Origin: a virus
Reading direction: 5' to 3' (one strand)
IMG/VR virus record: IMGVR_UViG_3300042934_000768
Location: 6,449 to 70,448 of that record
Length of the DNA stretch: 64,000 bases
Shown here: piece by piece, positions 43,601 to 53,488 of the stretch
Position numbering within the stretch: the stretch's first letter is position 1
Layout of the letters: each line of letters begins with the position of its first letter
Program-made: the position numbers and the translations under genes
Notes under the pieces: model-generated
The model's database searches: none
Seen by the model: only the letters and a program-made list of their open reading frames with translations
Told to the model about the DNA's origin: nothing

Positions 43601-46598
43601 CACCTCCACAATGGAAGAGCGCTGGTCGCATTCGGCTTTTCCGACGCTGGAGAATCCGCTCGGGATTGGCCGGAACCTGTTCAATTCCACCGAAGATAAA
43701 TACTGGTGGGAGATGAAGCACTATTACGATCGACCCTACATGTTGACCGGATCGCTGTTTAACCCGAACACGATGTTCCTCGGGGATGTGGGCAATGCCA
43801 CAATCGGCCGGGCGTTAAAGCCGGTGCGTGAAATGCACTCCGACTATTGGGGTGATCCCGTGCTGATGCAGGCGCAAGCCGATGAGTACGGAAATCGGCC
43901 AACGACACCGGTCATGACAAAGGTCTCCCCGGGCGGCCGAATGGAGCATGTGGTGCCCGCCACGCCAGGGCAATATGGATCTTACTTCGATTCGACGGGA
44001 TCTCTGGGCAGCATCAACGGCCAAGCGCTTACAATGAACGAAGACAACAAAGAAGGCTACAATCCGATGTACCAGGACGGGAGCTATCCGGCACGATTCT
44101 ATATCCGGCATCGGTACAACGGCGAAGGGAGCTGGACCGGAGAATATGCGATGCAAGACCTGTCGAGCGGCGACACGATCTATGTACCGGCCAATATCGC
44201 CAAGCAAAACTATCCGGCCGAAAAGCTGTTTGAAATGGCGGCCGCACCGATGCCGCCGACTCCGAATCCCTGGGTGGATACGAAACCTCGGGCAATGTTT
44301 GATCAGGAGTTCGAATACCGTAAGGAAATTGAGCAGCGCAGGCTTCGGCAGCTGAATGACCCACGGAACCCAAACTGGCAGCTTCAGGAAGCGTTTGAAA
44401 ACTGGACAGAGCCGCTCGGATTCTACAAGTACGCCTTTAACGACGAGATGCTCGGGTACAACCCGTATCAGGGCAAGATCGTGATGCAGAAGGCGGATGC
44501 GGCGACGAACATCTCCAACGCTTATTGGGAAACCAACATGGGCTCCTTGGGAGGCAGCGTCTCCGAGATCTTGCGTCGTTTCATTCGTCGGGATGACGGA
44601 CAGCTGGACTACTACAACCCGATCCGAAATACGATGCCCAACTGGATGCCGGGCGGCGACTACTTCATCAATTTCCAGACAGGGGATCCTTATCAAAAGA
44701 TTCCGCATGGCGAGTATCGTTTGCCGGGCGAATCATATGAGCGGCTGAACCGGCTGCATCCGGATGAAACTGGGTACTACGGAGCGTTCGATAAATTCAA
44801 GATCCTGGCCGACGTGGCCCCGTGGAGCGATGAGTATAAGTTCTGGAAGGACTACGTGGAGCAAAACAACAACGATTCGGAGCTGCGGCGACAGGCGGCC
44901 ATTATTAAAGATCAGGTGTCTAAGCGAAAGCAGAAATATGAATTTACGGACTACCGGTTCCAAGACCAAGAGCTGGAGAAGCATACTGTCACCGTCACCA
45001 AATTCCTGGACGACTACACCTTCATGACCAAGGAGTTTGACGCACCGATCCGTCTCGCCGGGATGCAGTATCAGGCGAAAGCAGAGGGCGTAATGCGCTC
45101 CTACTTCAAGCCTGGAGACAAGGTGCAGATAGGGATCGATGCTGATCCGACACGGCAAATTGCCGACGACAGCTATGGCACAATGCGGGCGGTCGTCTTC
45201 AAGAATCTGCAAAACATCAACCAGCAGATCATCATGAATGGCCAGATGAAGGAGAACATTAACGACTATTCGGCGCCGGGTGTCTTCTCCCGCTTCACCA
45301 AGGGGGAGATTCAAAAAGGTGCCAAATGGGAGTCACTCGCTCATGCGGAATCACCATTAAATACTAAGTTCCTTCAGGTTCGAACGGCGCTTGAGGAATA
45401 CGAGCGGGATCAGATCTACGGCAAGGACTGGGCAACGTGGGAGAACTTCATGATCAGCGATTATGCCATTCCTGCGTTTCAGTCCGGTATTCGGGGTAAT
45501 GTGCTCTTCGCTGCTGGTCAAGGCGCACTGTTCGGCATATTCCCGGCATTTATTTTTGGAGGCGGGAAGACGGGGTTCCGCCGTGCAGGGATGATCGCAG
45601 GGTCCGCTGCGGTGTTTGCCGCCGGAAGCATGTGGCGATCGGCCCATGAAGCGGCCACCGGAGAGCGGTGGATCCCAGAGCGGCGGCGCACGGAGCAAGA
45701 TCTGAATCAATACTTCGATGTCCTGAAGTACATGAAATTCAGCGGCCTGTACGAGCGGGCCAAAGAAGAGCTACTGCAGCAGGGCATTGATGTTGATGCG
45801 ATCTCCACCGACCGGGATCTGAAGAAAGAAATGAATAAGGCAAAGAAAGAAGAGCTGCTCGCCGAAAAGCGCCGGCTCTACATGGATCAGCCTGCAGGAT
45901 GGGAAGCACGGCATAAAGAAATCAATGCCGAGCTGAAGCTCATTGAAGAAGACCGTGACCAGATGTTCCTTCCAAGCCCCGTATTGCAGGCGCTGGAGTA
46001 TAAGGATCAAGCGGAAACGACGCTGTACGGCGTAGATCCTTACGAGGATCGCATGAAGGTGATGCGGGCTATGCCGTATAAAGACCGTTGGTTCTTCAAT
46101 GAATTTGCGAACGCCAGGATGGAAGATCGGCAGCACATCTTGGATCTCGTACCTGACGATCAGGACCGGATCTACAAAGCGATCTGGGGTGAGGGCCTTG
46201 ACCCGCAAGTTCCGCTCGACGAATACTTCAGCAACAAGTTTCTGCCGGGACCCGACTGGGCCGGATGGCGACCGGATGTCAATCTGGAGGATTATCAGGC
46301 GAAAGCCGTTCAGCAGGCCGGGCTCGACATGAGCGACTATAATTTCTGGGATGAAGATCTGGAGGCTGCCGCTGCGCTTCCGCCTATGGATCACGCTGGA
46401 GGTACAACCGGCTTTCGGGGATACCGATCGATGCAGCGAAACATCCAAGAAGTGCTGCAGGGCCAAGGTCTTTGGGATGTGCAGGTCACAGTCACGCCGG
46501 GAGAATCCGGAGGCGCTAGGATCAACATGAATTACCAGGATGATCGAAGACGAGAGATCGATGCGTACTTGGCCTACAATATGGATTCCATTGTATAG
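40641..46598 (+). CDS. Giant tape-measure-position protein (1985 aa) with TM segments and a degenerate SNase-like domain
   Basis: Follows the chaperones; hydrophobic Gly-rich segments; VTKFLDDYT..IRLAG..DSYGTMRAVV..NINQQI at about aa 1448-1535. Confidence 0.7.
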   Translation: MPDFENQYSAYLDHDTRPMSRFLASEEERQEMPLIGKIGIGVGLGALALTAAHRTGGMRMVARAIEVQGKAFAQAAREVSMENGRGFRNIFSNSFRQRYQTNVAERAAALRQGTNREYDMQRILTDMGKFVDKEIPHHIEESLRYDAIMDDLQRRHRLTRQNLDGINRAFNRIDNATKGGFSLKYASDKDLVAKLSSFGEINDPTLHKAILDSRARFRQFDPQKMGAELRARTDRAQRKFSNLFISEMHELTQKQGVVGRTMRGRDQATVDDVLHLHSAGKMKLDTDTALRLQNVLKNNQKFGKAVFDKHLYVKRGRDGNATDFFDLHAFDEMKESSLEWFATSMLGGLSHTRDILNFRKARRETTFRMNTRGTVQPVINAQRGMANDAYMGGPAVSFNGRFRLLNSEGGDPLEILNKKRKVKLTSSQFGTISRIYKNAAGIGTDNKERGWFKQAFDLGNQNKDSDLISYTSVFTKFSNPEWERNVLDKALRGNGVEYDDFFRIRNYFDKYTYGFSPRVLNQIQSHMPDHLKAFIKDNDINFARDKDMLKLFEYLGNPNMMVSDGMGGIVKNAGAKHAGDSIQHLWRRYERNRHDVLGRIDPIGEAGLFTGEYTRVRTGMDQVNQQVSLEVLRQIMETGSGPKPDFRDLLDSMRPKGYVGAAVGNGAIKEVDYRQAQDLYAYYEFNREGRNIYKATDASLQRVNDLFANNAYFRTHVQQMAKKTNPLYERFSGVRPVNQIGDDYIAVNQAFEEGFLKQFTTIRGIKDFTKQMSWFTGRRNMEDFTTASAYNMFIPYRLQDQMGNFGLGFSDSSMGSAGQLWSSLILKRLLPAVAIPTYAQYIDDKSDQMTGTSISERWEIYKATRELGKAQKRDATGETERMRREFMLHPGIEHFSAMPNVYLPGVGEVGMGTAAKAATFTLGIPDSERDTYSYEEMYDYYQNGVDEVRKGRWWAFGSKTAYRGDRIIEFQPNSYRMAMSDWEYTSVTSTMEERWSHSAFPTLENPLGIGRNLFNSTEDKYWWEMKHYYDRPYMLTGSLFNPNTMFLGDVGNATIGRALKPVREMHSDYWGDPVLMQAQADEYGNRPTTPVMTKVSPGGRMEHVVPATPGQYGSYFDSTGSLGSINGQALTMNEDNKEGYNPMYQDGSYPARFYIRHRYNGEGSWTGEYAMQDLSSGDTIYVPANIAKQNYPAEKLFEMAAAPMPPTPNPWVDTKPRAMFDQEFEYRKEIEQRRLRQLNDPRNPNWQLQEAFENWTEPLGFYKYAFNDEMLGYNPYQGKIVMQKADAATNISNAYWETNMGSLGGSVSEILRRFIRRDDGQLDYYNPIRNTMPNWMPGGDYFINFQTGDPYQKIPHGEYRLPGESYERLNRLHPDETGYYGAFDKFKILADVAPWSDEYKFWKDYVEQNNNDSELRRQAAIIKDQVSKRKQKYEFTDYRFQDQELEKHTVTVTKFLDDYTFMTKEFDAPIRLAGMQYQAKAEGVMRSYFKPGDKVQIGIDADPTRQIADDSYGTMRAVVFKNLQNINQQIIMNGQMKENINDYSAPGVFSRFTKGEIQKGAKWESLAHAESPLNTKFLQVRTALEEYERDQIYGKDWATWENFMISDYAIPAFQSGIRGNVLFAAGQGALFGIFPAFIFGGGKTGFRRAGMIAGSAAVFAAGSMWRSAHEAATGERWIPERRRTEQDLNQYFDVLKYMKFSGLYERAKEELLQQGIDVDAISTDRDLKKEMNKAKKEELLAEKRRLYMDQPAGWEARHKEINAELKLIEEDRDQMFLPSPVLQALEYKDQAETTLYGVDPYEDRMKVMRAMPYKDRWFFNEFANARMEDRQHILDLVPDDQDRIYKAIWGEGLDPQVPLDEYFSNKFLPGPDWAGWRPDVNLEDYQAKAVQQAGLDMSDYNFWDEDLEAAAALPPMDHAGGTTGFRGYRSMQRNIQEVLQGQGLWDVQVTVTPGESGGARINMNYQDDRRREIDAYLAYNMDSIV

Positions 46599-46609
46599 GA
46601 TGTGAGTGT

Positions 46610-49600
46610 ATGGCATTAAACGATAAAATCAACGGTTTGAATAGCACAGGCATCCCGATGGTGACGCCAGGATCTGAAGAGTGGACTCTGGCCTCCACCT
46701 TTCATTCGCTCCGCAAAGCATCCTACAGTAATGATAACGAACGAGCCAGCCGAGTCGATCAGCAATTAAGCATGATTCAAAACAGCACGCCACTGGATCA
46801 GAAAACACTGAAATCCAATGACAAGGTGATCCTGAAAAACTTCAGCTCGCCGCATCAGATCTTGGGGCAAAAACAAGTCGATGCCATGATGGCCTTCATG
46901 AGAGGGGAGGCCAAGACGTTCTATGCGTTTGACATCGAGACTCTTGGTGACGTCAAAACCGGCGAAGGGTTGCATATCACCGAGATCGCCATGCAGGGCT
47001 TTCAGAAATCGAAGGATGGTTTGTTTAAGGCGGATGCCAATCGGATGTTCAGCGTCTTGATCCGGCCGGACCAGCAAAGCCAGATCTATTTGGAGAACTT
47101 GATTCGGCGGGTACGCAGTGATCGGTTTGCGTTCAATACGATGAGCGACTCCGAACGGATTACGCTCGTCAACCTGATGCGATACTCAACGGAGACCAGT
47201 CTTGGATCCAAAGCGGCCAATCTCAATCCGTCTCAGCTGACGCACAATACCGTCATTCGAACGTTGGAGGATCGCAATGGCCGATACAGCTACGATAAGC
47301 TCGTCATGAATTTTGAGAACTACATCGGGCACATTCAATCCGGCTACAACAACCTGAAGAATCTGGACGAACGAACACACTCAGTGTCCTACTCCATGCA
47401 GCGGTATCGGCAGCAAATCGCCGCCCATCAGAATGCCTTCTTCTTCTCCTATAACGGAGACAACTTCGACTTGGAGGTTCTGGATCGATTCGGGAAGCAG
47501 ACGGGACAAACGGTCATCCGTCCTCAGAATCATATCGACTACTACAGGTTGATTCAGACGGCTTATGCCAACCCACACAGCTTCCACGAGGAGTTTGCCT
47601 CGAAGAACGATTTGAAGAATCGGTATTTCCAGCAAGGCCGCCTGACGATGCACGAGATCCGCAAGACGCTTGGGATCGCCGGGGGCGAGGCGCATGCGGC
47701 GATCGCCGACGTTGACGATCGGGGCCTCGGCGGGGTCGTGTCGATGACCATCGACAAGGTATACAACCGGATCCATACGGCGAAAAACAAAGGCGCCATG
47801 GACACGATGAGCATCAGGCCGGCTTCCTTCACCTGGAACCGCAAAGATGTGCTGAAGGTCGGCGACCAGCTCTTCTCCGCCAGCGGTTATACGGCATTCG
47901 GGGATTCCCTGGACTTCCAAGCCCGCATGGAAAACGGCGAGCTCGTGCCACATGATGTCTCCTGGAACAAGACAGTCCTTAATGCAAAAACGATGTACAC
48001 GGTCAATAACCTGCGGGAGGTCAAAGATTCCTCCGGATCTGTAACCGGTCATGTGTTGGAGCTGCTTGATCAAGACACCGGGCGACTGTCGTTCATTTCC
48101 CGGAGTGGACCGAACTCGATGGATCAGCTCGCCCAGTTCGTGCAGCAACAGCTCCACTCGACGAGAGGCATGAACCGGGAAGAGCTTTACAATATCCAGA
48201 AGATCCGGGAAGAAGATCAGGCCCGCCGCCGCTACGAGCGCATGACGAGCTTGTCGGGGGCGGGCGGGGCGAGCCGATCGGCCGGCTTCCAGGCAGCGCA
48301 GCGTATGTATGGAAATATTGAACATTATCAGAAGCGGCTTTTGGCCAAGAGAAAGAACTGGCCTACTGATCAGCTTGATGCAGAGCTCGCTGATTACCGT
48401 GATCATGCTACCTTTATGAGTAAGATGGATTTCAACAGCCGGCCTGTGTTCGATGCTAACGGCAACATGAACTGGGTATATAATCCAGAGGAAGCGAGCC
48501 TGTTCTTCCGGATGGCGCCTCGCATGTCGAGCGAATATGACCACTACTCGGCAGCCATCAAAGAAATCGAGCGCATGATTCCGCTCGATCCGAAAGAGCG
48601 TAACCGGGAGCAGATCCGCAAGGTCCAGCAGCAGCGGGATATGGCTTGGCGCATCTACAATCAATCGATGGAACGATCCGACATGGCCGGCAATCATACC
48701 ACGTCCCGAATCATGGAGTCGTGGGAGAATCGGGGAATCAACCTCCATGTGGGTGGAGAACAGCGGTTTTTCAGCATGCAGTCCATCCCATCGACGGAGC
48801 GGGCAATCCGGCGCTTCATTTCCCAAGACGATTCAGAGAACCCGAATACGCAGCGGCATCGCTTGGAACAATTCATTGACAGCCTACATGAAAATGCGGT
48901 CGTGGGAGCGGGCAATACACGAAAATTCCGGATGATCAACCAGCAGAGCGGATCGATTCACGACACCATAACGCAAATCGCTATGGATCTGCACAGCCGG
49001 AACATGCCACTGGAGCCACTGGAGACCACCTCACTGGGGCAGCGAGACATGTCCAATGTGACCGCCGATCGGAATCGCACAGCCGTTCAGAAGGCCATTC
49101 AGCGGGCTCTGAGCTACGAAGGGTCTGTGTTCCTGACAGGCGGAAAGGTACAGCTCCATCCAGAAGTGGATAAGTTCTTCGGCGATCTGGAGGGCCATCA
49201 CCTTTCCGGCCTTCAGGCCAACAACCGGAATGCCGTGGAGATGGTGCTGCGATCGCTCGAAGGATCGAACCGCAATCTCATGTTCGACCTGAGCGTGAAC
49301 AACAGCCGCAGCAACCCGATGGCCAAGATCACGGTCATGACGCCGCAGCACAGTACGAGTGTGAGGGAAGCGCTGATGGAAGGGAGGAGCCATCCACGGG
49401 CAGTGGATATTCTGATCCCCCTCATCAACGAGGATGGATACCAAGTGCTGGGTAAGCGGAATCTGATCGCCCATACGGTTGCCGTCATGGATCAAGACAG
49501 CGGCAAGATCGTCCGAAGATCCACAGCTGAAGTAATCGGCATGCAGTATGCACATAACATGAATTTCATCCTATCTGCTTTGGATGAAGGCGATTTCGAT

Positions 49601-52600
49601 GGAGCTTCGTGGCGAAGCAAACATGTACTCGGTGAGGCAGTAAAAAGCATGTCAGGATCTCGTATGGATATTCATAGCTACAACGATGCCTACGAGGCCC
49701 GGGGGCGGATGGCCGACTTCGACAAGATGTCACACGTCAATATGGCTCCGGCTATGATTCATGATCTGTACCGCAAAGGAATCATTGCGAGGGACGATCT
49801 CAAAGACGAGGCATTCTACTATGATCGGGCGGACCGGCAATATAAATTGAGAACACTCGTGGGCATGGACGACCTGAAGCACGGTCATTTTGAGCGGCTG
49901 ATGGATATGCCAGGGTGGGCACAAGGCGCAAACTGGGAAGGTCAAGCTCCGACACTGTATACCTCGGGCGTGAAAGAGGGTGCGGTGCAGAAAGGGACGA
50001 TGAGCACGCAGGATTTGCGGGACTACACGCTCTACGGTCACTACATCAATATGGCCCGGCCAAACTCGATTCAGGCCCGGAACTTCTATGAGTTTTCAGA
50101 TGATGCTGCCTCCCGGGTATCCAGGGTCAATGCGTATACGAATTTCAATGGCATGCTGGACACCGAGAAGAACGCACAATACAAATCCAGATACATGGGC
50201 GGTAACGGCCGGACCGGCGTGAATCTCAAGGTAGCCTACATCACCAATGAGGAGCTGCACAGCCGTATCATGGATATGTACAACAGCGGCGGCGCCGAGA
50301 ATCTTCAGCTGCTCCGTGACGAAGGGATTCTGGTTAAGCGAAATGGACAAGAAGTTATCGACCATCGCCGCCTACCGACCGTGTACGAGCAGCAAGCCGT
50401 CATCGCCAAAGAGCTGATGGACGCCATGAAGTATACGGACTCCCAAAGCTTCGATAAGGGCACGGGCACCTTCCAGTGGCACGAGCGGTTCGCCAAGAAC
50501 GGTGCGGCTGGCGCCAATAGCGGCTTTATCGTTGGCGGTGAGGCGATCAATGGCGCAACCGTCAATCCCGGTGACGTGATCGGCCGCCGCTATGTCGATG
50601 GCAACTGGGAAGAGATCCGTTACGAGAAGCACTATACAGGGCGACTCACCGGGGTGGAGAATCAGGTTTTCAATGTGGAGTGGGACGACAAGCCATTCAA
50701 GATCTCGTTTGCCGGCGAGAAGGGAACGGATGCCGCAACGCCAAGTCTGAAGCTTATTGGGGCGCTAACTGGGGATACCGAGATCAGTGCCATGATCAGC
50801 CCGAACCCGGCCAAGCGGAAAGACTTCGGCATGATGATGGAGGGCTACGCCAAGATCATTATCAACGAGCTGATGAAAAAAGATCAACCGACTCGGGAGA
50901 GACTGATTCGACAGTTGGATCTGGCCAGCATCGGTTTGCAGTACAATAACGGTCAATTCATGGATGTCAGCGGGCGGATGCCAAACGGCATTGACATCAA
51001 GGATTTCAATCGAATCGCACAGCACCGAGAGCTCGGCATCAACTTTCAAACGAGCACAGGACTCAGTACGGGAATCTTGGAAGCCCGGATGATGCGTAGC
51101 CCGCAGTACTACAAATCTGTGGATGCCAATGGCAAAGCTGTAATTGGATACGACCCGGAAGGCAAGAAGATCTATGCCAGTGGTCTGGACGGATCCTCGA
51201 TCGGTCACCGGGAGATGAAAGTGCTGCGCCGAATGGGAGCTGACCAGACGTATGAACTCGCTTTTGAGACCATGCGTGAACAGGCGACGAAAACCGGCAG
51301 ATGGCAGGACGCCCAGAACCTATCGCACTCAATCATGGGATTTGTCGATCCGGATGCTCCGGAGATGGCGGCCTACAAAAACCGGATTCTCCAGGCCCAT
51401 CAATTCGAATCCATGCCAGAGCTTGGGTTAGATATGAACACGGTCAAGGGCACCATTTTGGATCGAGATACAGTGGCGAGGCACCTCGGGATCGACGGCA
51501 AGGAAGCTGGCCACGGGTTCTGGCTCCAGTTGCCGGAAGAAGTGGCAGTGAATGTCCATGGCGGCAGCGATCGAACGAAAGTAAATAAGATCTTCGTGCC
51601 GTTCACACATTTAGCAAGGGAAGGGTCGAATGACAAAATTCATCTGCAGAAGCTGCAACGGCAGATTGCCCAAATCAACGAGAGCATTAAATCGTATAGC
51701 CGGGCGAAGACGCAGAATGGCCGAGGTAAGGACAGTGCTGAGTATCACATGCAGCGACTGCAAGGGCATGTCACGAACTATGTGAACCAATTGTCAAAAG
51801 ATACACTCAGCTCGAAAGGAATGACCGGAGAGAGCGTCCTCAAGGCGCACATGCCGTCTTCCGCATCCGGCATTCTCAAGATCATCGGGCCGGAGTCGGC
51901 CGCTGCGATCGGCGATGAGATGACCTTTGTCTCCGTGCAGCAAGCGAAGGACATGGGCATCTATGAACATGTGATTGGCAAGCAGCATATCGGCACATCG
52001 AGGGAGAGCGAGATTCTGCAAGATTGGAGCCGGCAGCAGAACAAAAATGTGATGACGATCCGCTATCCGACCAAGCATAACTCGGCCGTCCAGTTCACCC
52101 GTGTGGCGATCGATCCTAACCTGAAGATCGGGAACATTCTGACGACAGCCTTCACGGCTGAGCGGCTCGAAGGGGATGCAGACGGCGACCAATTGCACAT
52201 GATCTACGTGGATGACGACAACATTCAGAAGGAATGGGCGCATTTGAAAGGGCAGCGGCAAGCCGAGTTCCAAGGTGGCCACGACAACTGGTCGGATTTC
52301 TTGAAGAGCCGAATTGCCGAAGAGGCGACCGGTGCGCAGCGGAATTACAATCTGGAGTCCTTGATCGAAGGGTACAACAAAGACCTGAATAATCAAGATG
52401 GCACCCGGATCCGGCAGATGGTGCCGAACTCCGAAGCGGAGATCGCCGGCAAGATCGGAAAGACGCAAATTGGCGGGATCTCCAACCTGAACTTGGCCAT
52501 TCAGGATTTCGCCGAGGAGATGTATGGTTCCTATAGCCAGGAATACAAGACGCTCGAAAACTTCGGTAGTATGCTGGAGCAAAAAGGGATCGACACGAAG

Positions 52601-53488
52601 CAGGGTGTTGCGCTTACGCATGATCGAAGGTCGCCAGTGGGTCAATTCCGTCAAGCCTTTTACAGTGGGGATTGGAAATCGATTCGACAGATCGATCGGG
52701 ATTACTACGGTAGCTATTGGTCTGAGAATCATAATCTGGATGATGTCATTGATCTGCTCTCCCGGCCACAGTCCATTAACGGTGGGCTGGATAATGCCAG
52801 CTACAAACCGGGCACCAGCTCCGGTATCGATGTCAATAAATACGGATTAAAGCGCACGTATGACACGATCTTCGGCAAGCTTAGCGAGGGCGATCAGGTA
52901 AACGCCAACGAGTACACTCGATTGTTTGGTCGCATGCAGCAAGAATCGGTAGCAGGCGCAACCCCGCCACCGCAGCAGCCGAGAATGACCGGCAGGTACC
53001 AACAGTCCTCGTGGAGATCGAGCTACACGCCGCCGCTGCAGTCGAGGCCAGCGCCTCAAGGAGCGATCCCGGATACGCTTCATGATCTCTCCGGCGGATG
53101 GATTCCGAACGATATTTTCAGCGGCATAAACGGAGCCCGCAACAAGAAAATTGCTTTGTTCGGCAGTCTAGCTTTAGGTGGTGTAATGGGTTACAATGTT
53201 CTTAGTAATACCACTGCACCGGTTTCGGCGCCCACGCCACCACCACCCGTGCCCCCTCAAATTCCCATTCAATCACCGCTGCCGCCGATCCCTGGTGAAC
53301 CGTCCGGAGCGAATGTCTTGATCTCAGGTCGGGGGCAGGCAGTAGGAGAAAACCTATCGACGCTTGTCCAAGAAGGACTGAGCCGAAGCGGGTGGCAAGG
53401 GTCGGCCAATATGACGGTTAATCACTCCGATAATACAAACCGGCTGACAAGATTGTGGTACCGGGATAAAGTCGAGGAACACATGTAA
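46610..53488 (+). CDS. Putative single-chain two-barrel RNA polymerase with N-terminal DEDDh exonuclease (2292 aa)
   Basis: DIE/YNGDNFD/HAAIAD exonuclease motifs; beta-like YEQQAVI, KISFAGEKG, ISPNPAKR and GSSIGHREM; beta'-like RYPTKH and EGDADGDQL. Confidence 0.8.
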   Translation: MALNDKINGLNSTGIPMVTPGSEEWTLASTFHSLRKASYSNDNERASRVDQQLSMIQNSTPLDQKTLKSNDKVILKNFSSPHQILGQKQVDAMMAFMRGEAKTFYAFDIETLGDVKTGEGLHITEIAMQGFQKSKDGLFKADANRMFSVLIRPDQQSQIYLENLIRRVRSDRFAFNTMSDSERITLVNLMRYSTETSLGSKAANLNPSQLTHNTVIRTLEDRNGRYSYDKLVMNFENYIGHIQSGYNNLKNLDERTHSVSYSMQRYRQQIAAHQNAFFFSYNGDNFDLEVLDRFGKQTGQTVIRPQNHIDYYRLIQTAYANPHSFHEEFASKNDLKNRYFQQGRLTMHEIRKTLGIAGGEAHAAIADVDDRGLGGVVSMTIDKVYNRIHTAKNKGAMDTMSIRPASFTWNRKDVLKVGDQLFSASGYTAFGDSLDFQARMENGELVPHDVSWNKTVLNAKTMYTVNNLREVKDSSGSVTGHVLELLDQDTGRLSFISRSGPNSMDQLAQFVQQQLHSTRGMNREELYNIQKIREEDQARRRYERMTSLSGAGGASRSAGFQAAQRMYGNIEHYQKRLLAKRKNWPTDQLDAELADYRDHATFMSKMDFNSRPVFDANGNMNWVYNPEEASLFFRMAPRMSSEYDHYSAAIKEIERMIPLDPKERNREQIRKVQQQRDMAWRIYNQSMERSDMAGNHTTSRIMESWENRGINLHVGGEQRFFSMQSIPSTERAIRRFISQDDSENPNTQRHRLEQFIDSLHENAVVGAGNTRKFRMINQQSGSIHDTITQIAMDLHSRNMPLEPLETTSLGQRDMSNVTADRNRTAVQKAIQRALSYEGSVFLTGGKVQLHPEVDKFFGDLEGHHLSGLQANNRNAVEMVLRSLEGSNRNLMFDLSVNNSRSNPMAKITVMTPQHSTSVREALMEGRSHPRAVDILIPLINEDGYQVLGKRNLIAHTVAVMDQDSGKIVRRSTAEVIGMQYAHNMNFILSALDEGDFDGASWRSKHVLGEAVKSMSGSRMDIHSYNDAYEARGRMADFDKMSHVNMAPAMIHDLYRKGIIARDDLKDEAFYYDRADRQYKLRTLVGMDDLKHGHFERLMDMPGWAQGANWEGQAPTLYTSGVKEGAVQKGTMSTQDLRDYTLYGHYINMARPNSIQARNFYEFSDDAASRVSRVNAYTNFNGMLDTEKNAQYKSRYMGGNGRTGVNLKVAYITNEELHSRIMDMYNSGGAENLQLLRDEGILVKRNGQEVIDHRRLPTVYEQQAVIAKELMDAMKYTDSQSFDKGTGTFQWHERFAKNGAAGANSGFIVGGEAINGATVNPGDVIGRRYVDGNWEEIRYEKHYTGRLTGVENQVFNVEWDDKPFKISFAGEKGTDAATPSLKLIGALTGDTEISAMISPNPAKRKDFGMMMEGYAKIIINELMKKDQPTRERLIRQLDLASIGLQYNNGQFMDVSGRMPNGIDIKDFNRIAQHRELGINFQTSTGLSTGILEARMMRSPQYYKSVDANGKAVIGYDPEGKKIYASGLDGSSIGHREMKVLRRMGADQTYELAFETMREQATKTGRWQDAQNLSHSIMGFVDPDAPEMAAYKNRILQAHQFESMPELGLDMNTVKGTILDRDTVARHLGIDGKEAGHGFWLQLPEEVAVNVHGGSDRTKVNKIFVPFTHLAREGSNDKIHLQKLQRQIAQINESIKSYSRAKTQNGRGKDSAEYHMQRLQGHVTNYVNQLSKDTLSSKGMTGESVLKAHMPSSASGILKIIGPESAAAIGDEMTFVSVQQAKDMGIYEHVIGKQHIGTSRESEILQDWSRQQNKNVMTIRYPTKHNSAVQFTRVAIDPNLKIGNILTTAFTAERLEGDADGDQLHMIYVDDDNIQKEWAHLKGQRQAEFQGGHDNWSDFLKSRIAEEATGAQRNYNLESLIEGYNKDLNNQDGTRIRQMVPNSEAEIAGKIGKTQIGGISNLNLAIQDFAEEMYGSYSQEYKTLENFGSMLEQKGIDTKQGVALTHDRRSPVGQFRQAFYSGDWKSIRQIDRDYYGSYWSENHNLDDVIDLLSRPQSINGGLDNASYKPGTSSGIDVNKYGLKRTYDTIFGKLSEGDQVNANEYTRLFGRMQQESVAGATPPPQQPRMTGRYQQSSWRSSYTPPLQSRPAPQGAIPDTLHDLSGGWIPNDIFSGINGARNKKIALFGSLALGGVMGYNVLSNTTAPVSAPTPPPPVPPQIPIQSPLPPIPGEPSGANVLISGRGQAVGENLSTLVQEGLSRSGWQGSANMTVNHSDNTNRLTRLWYRDKVEEHM

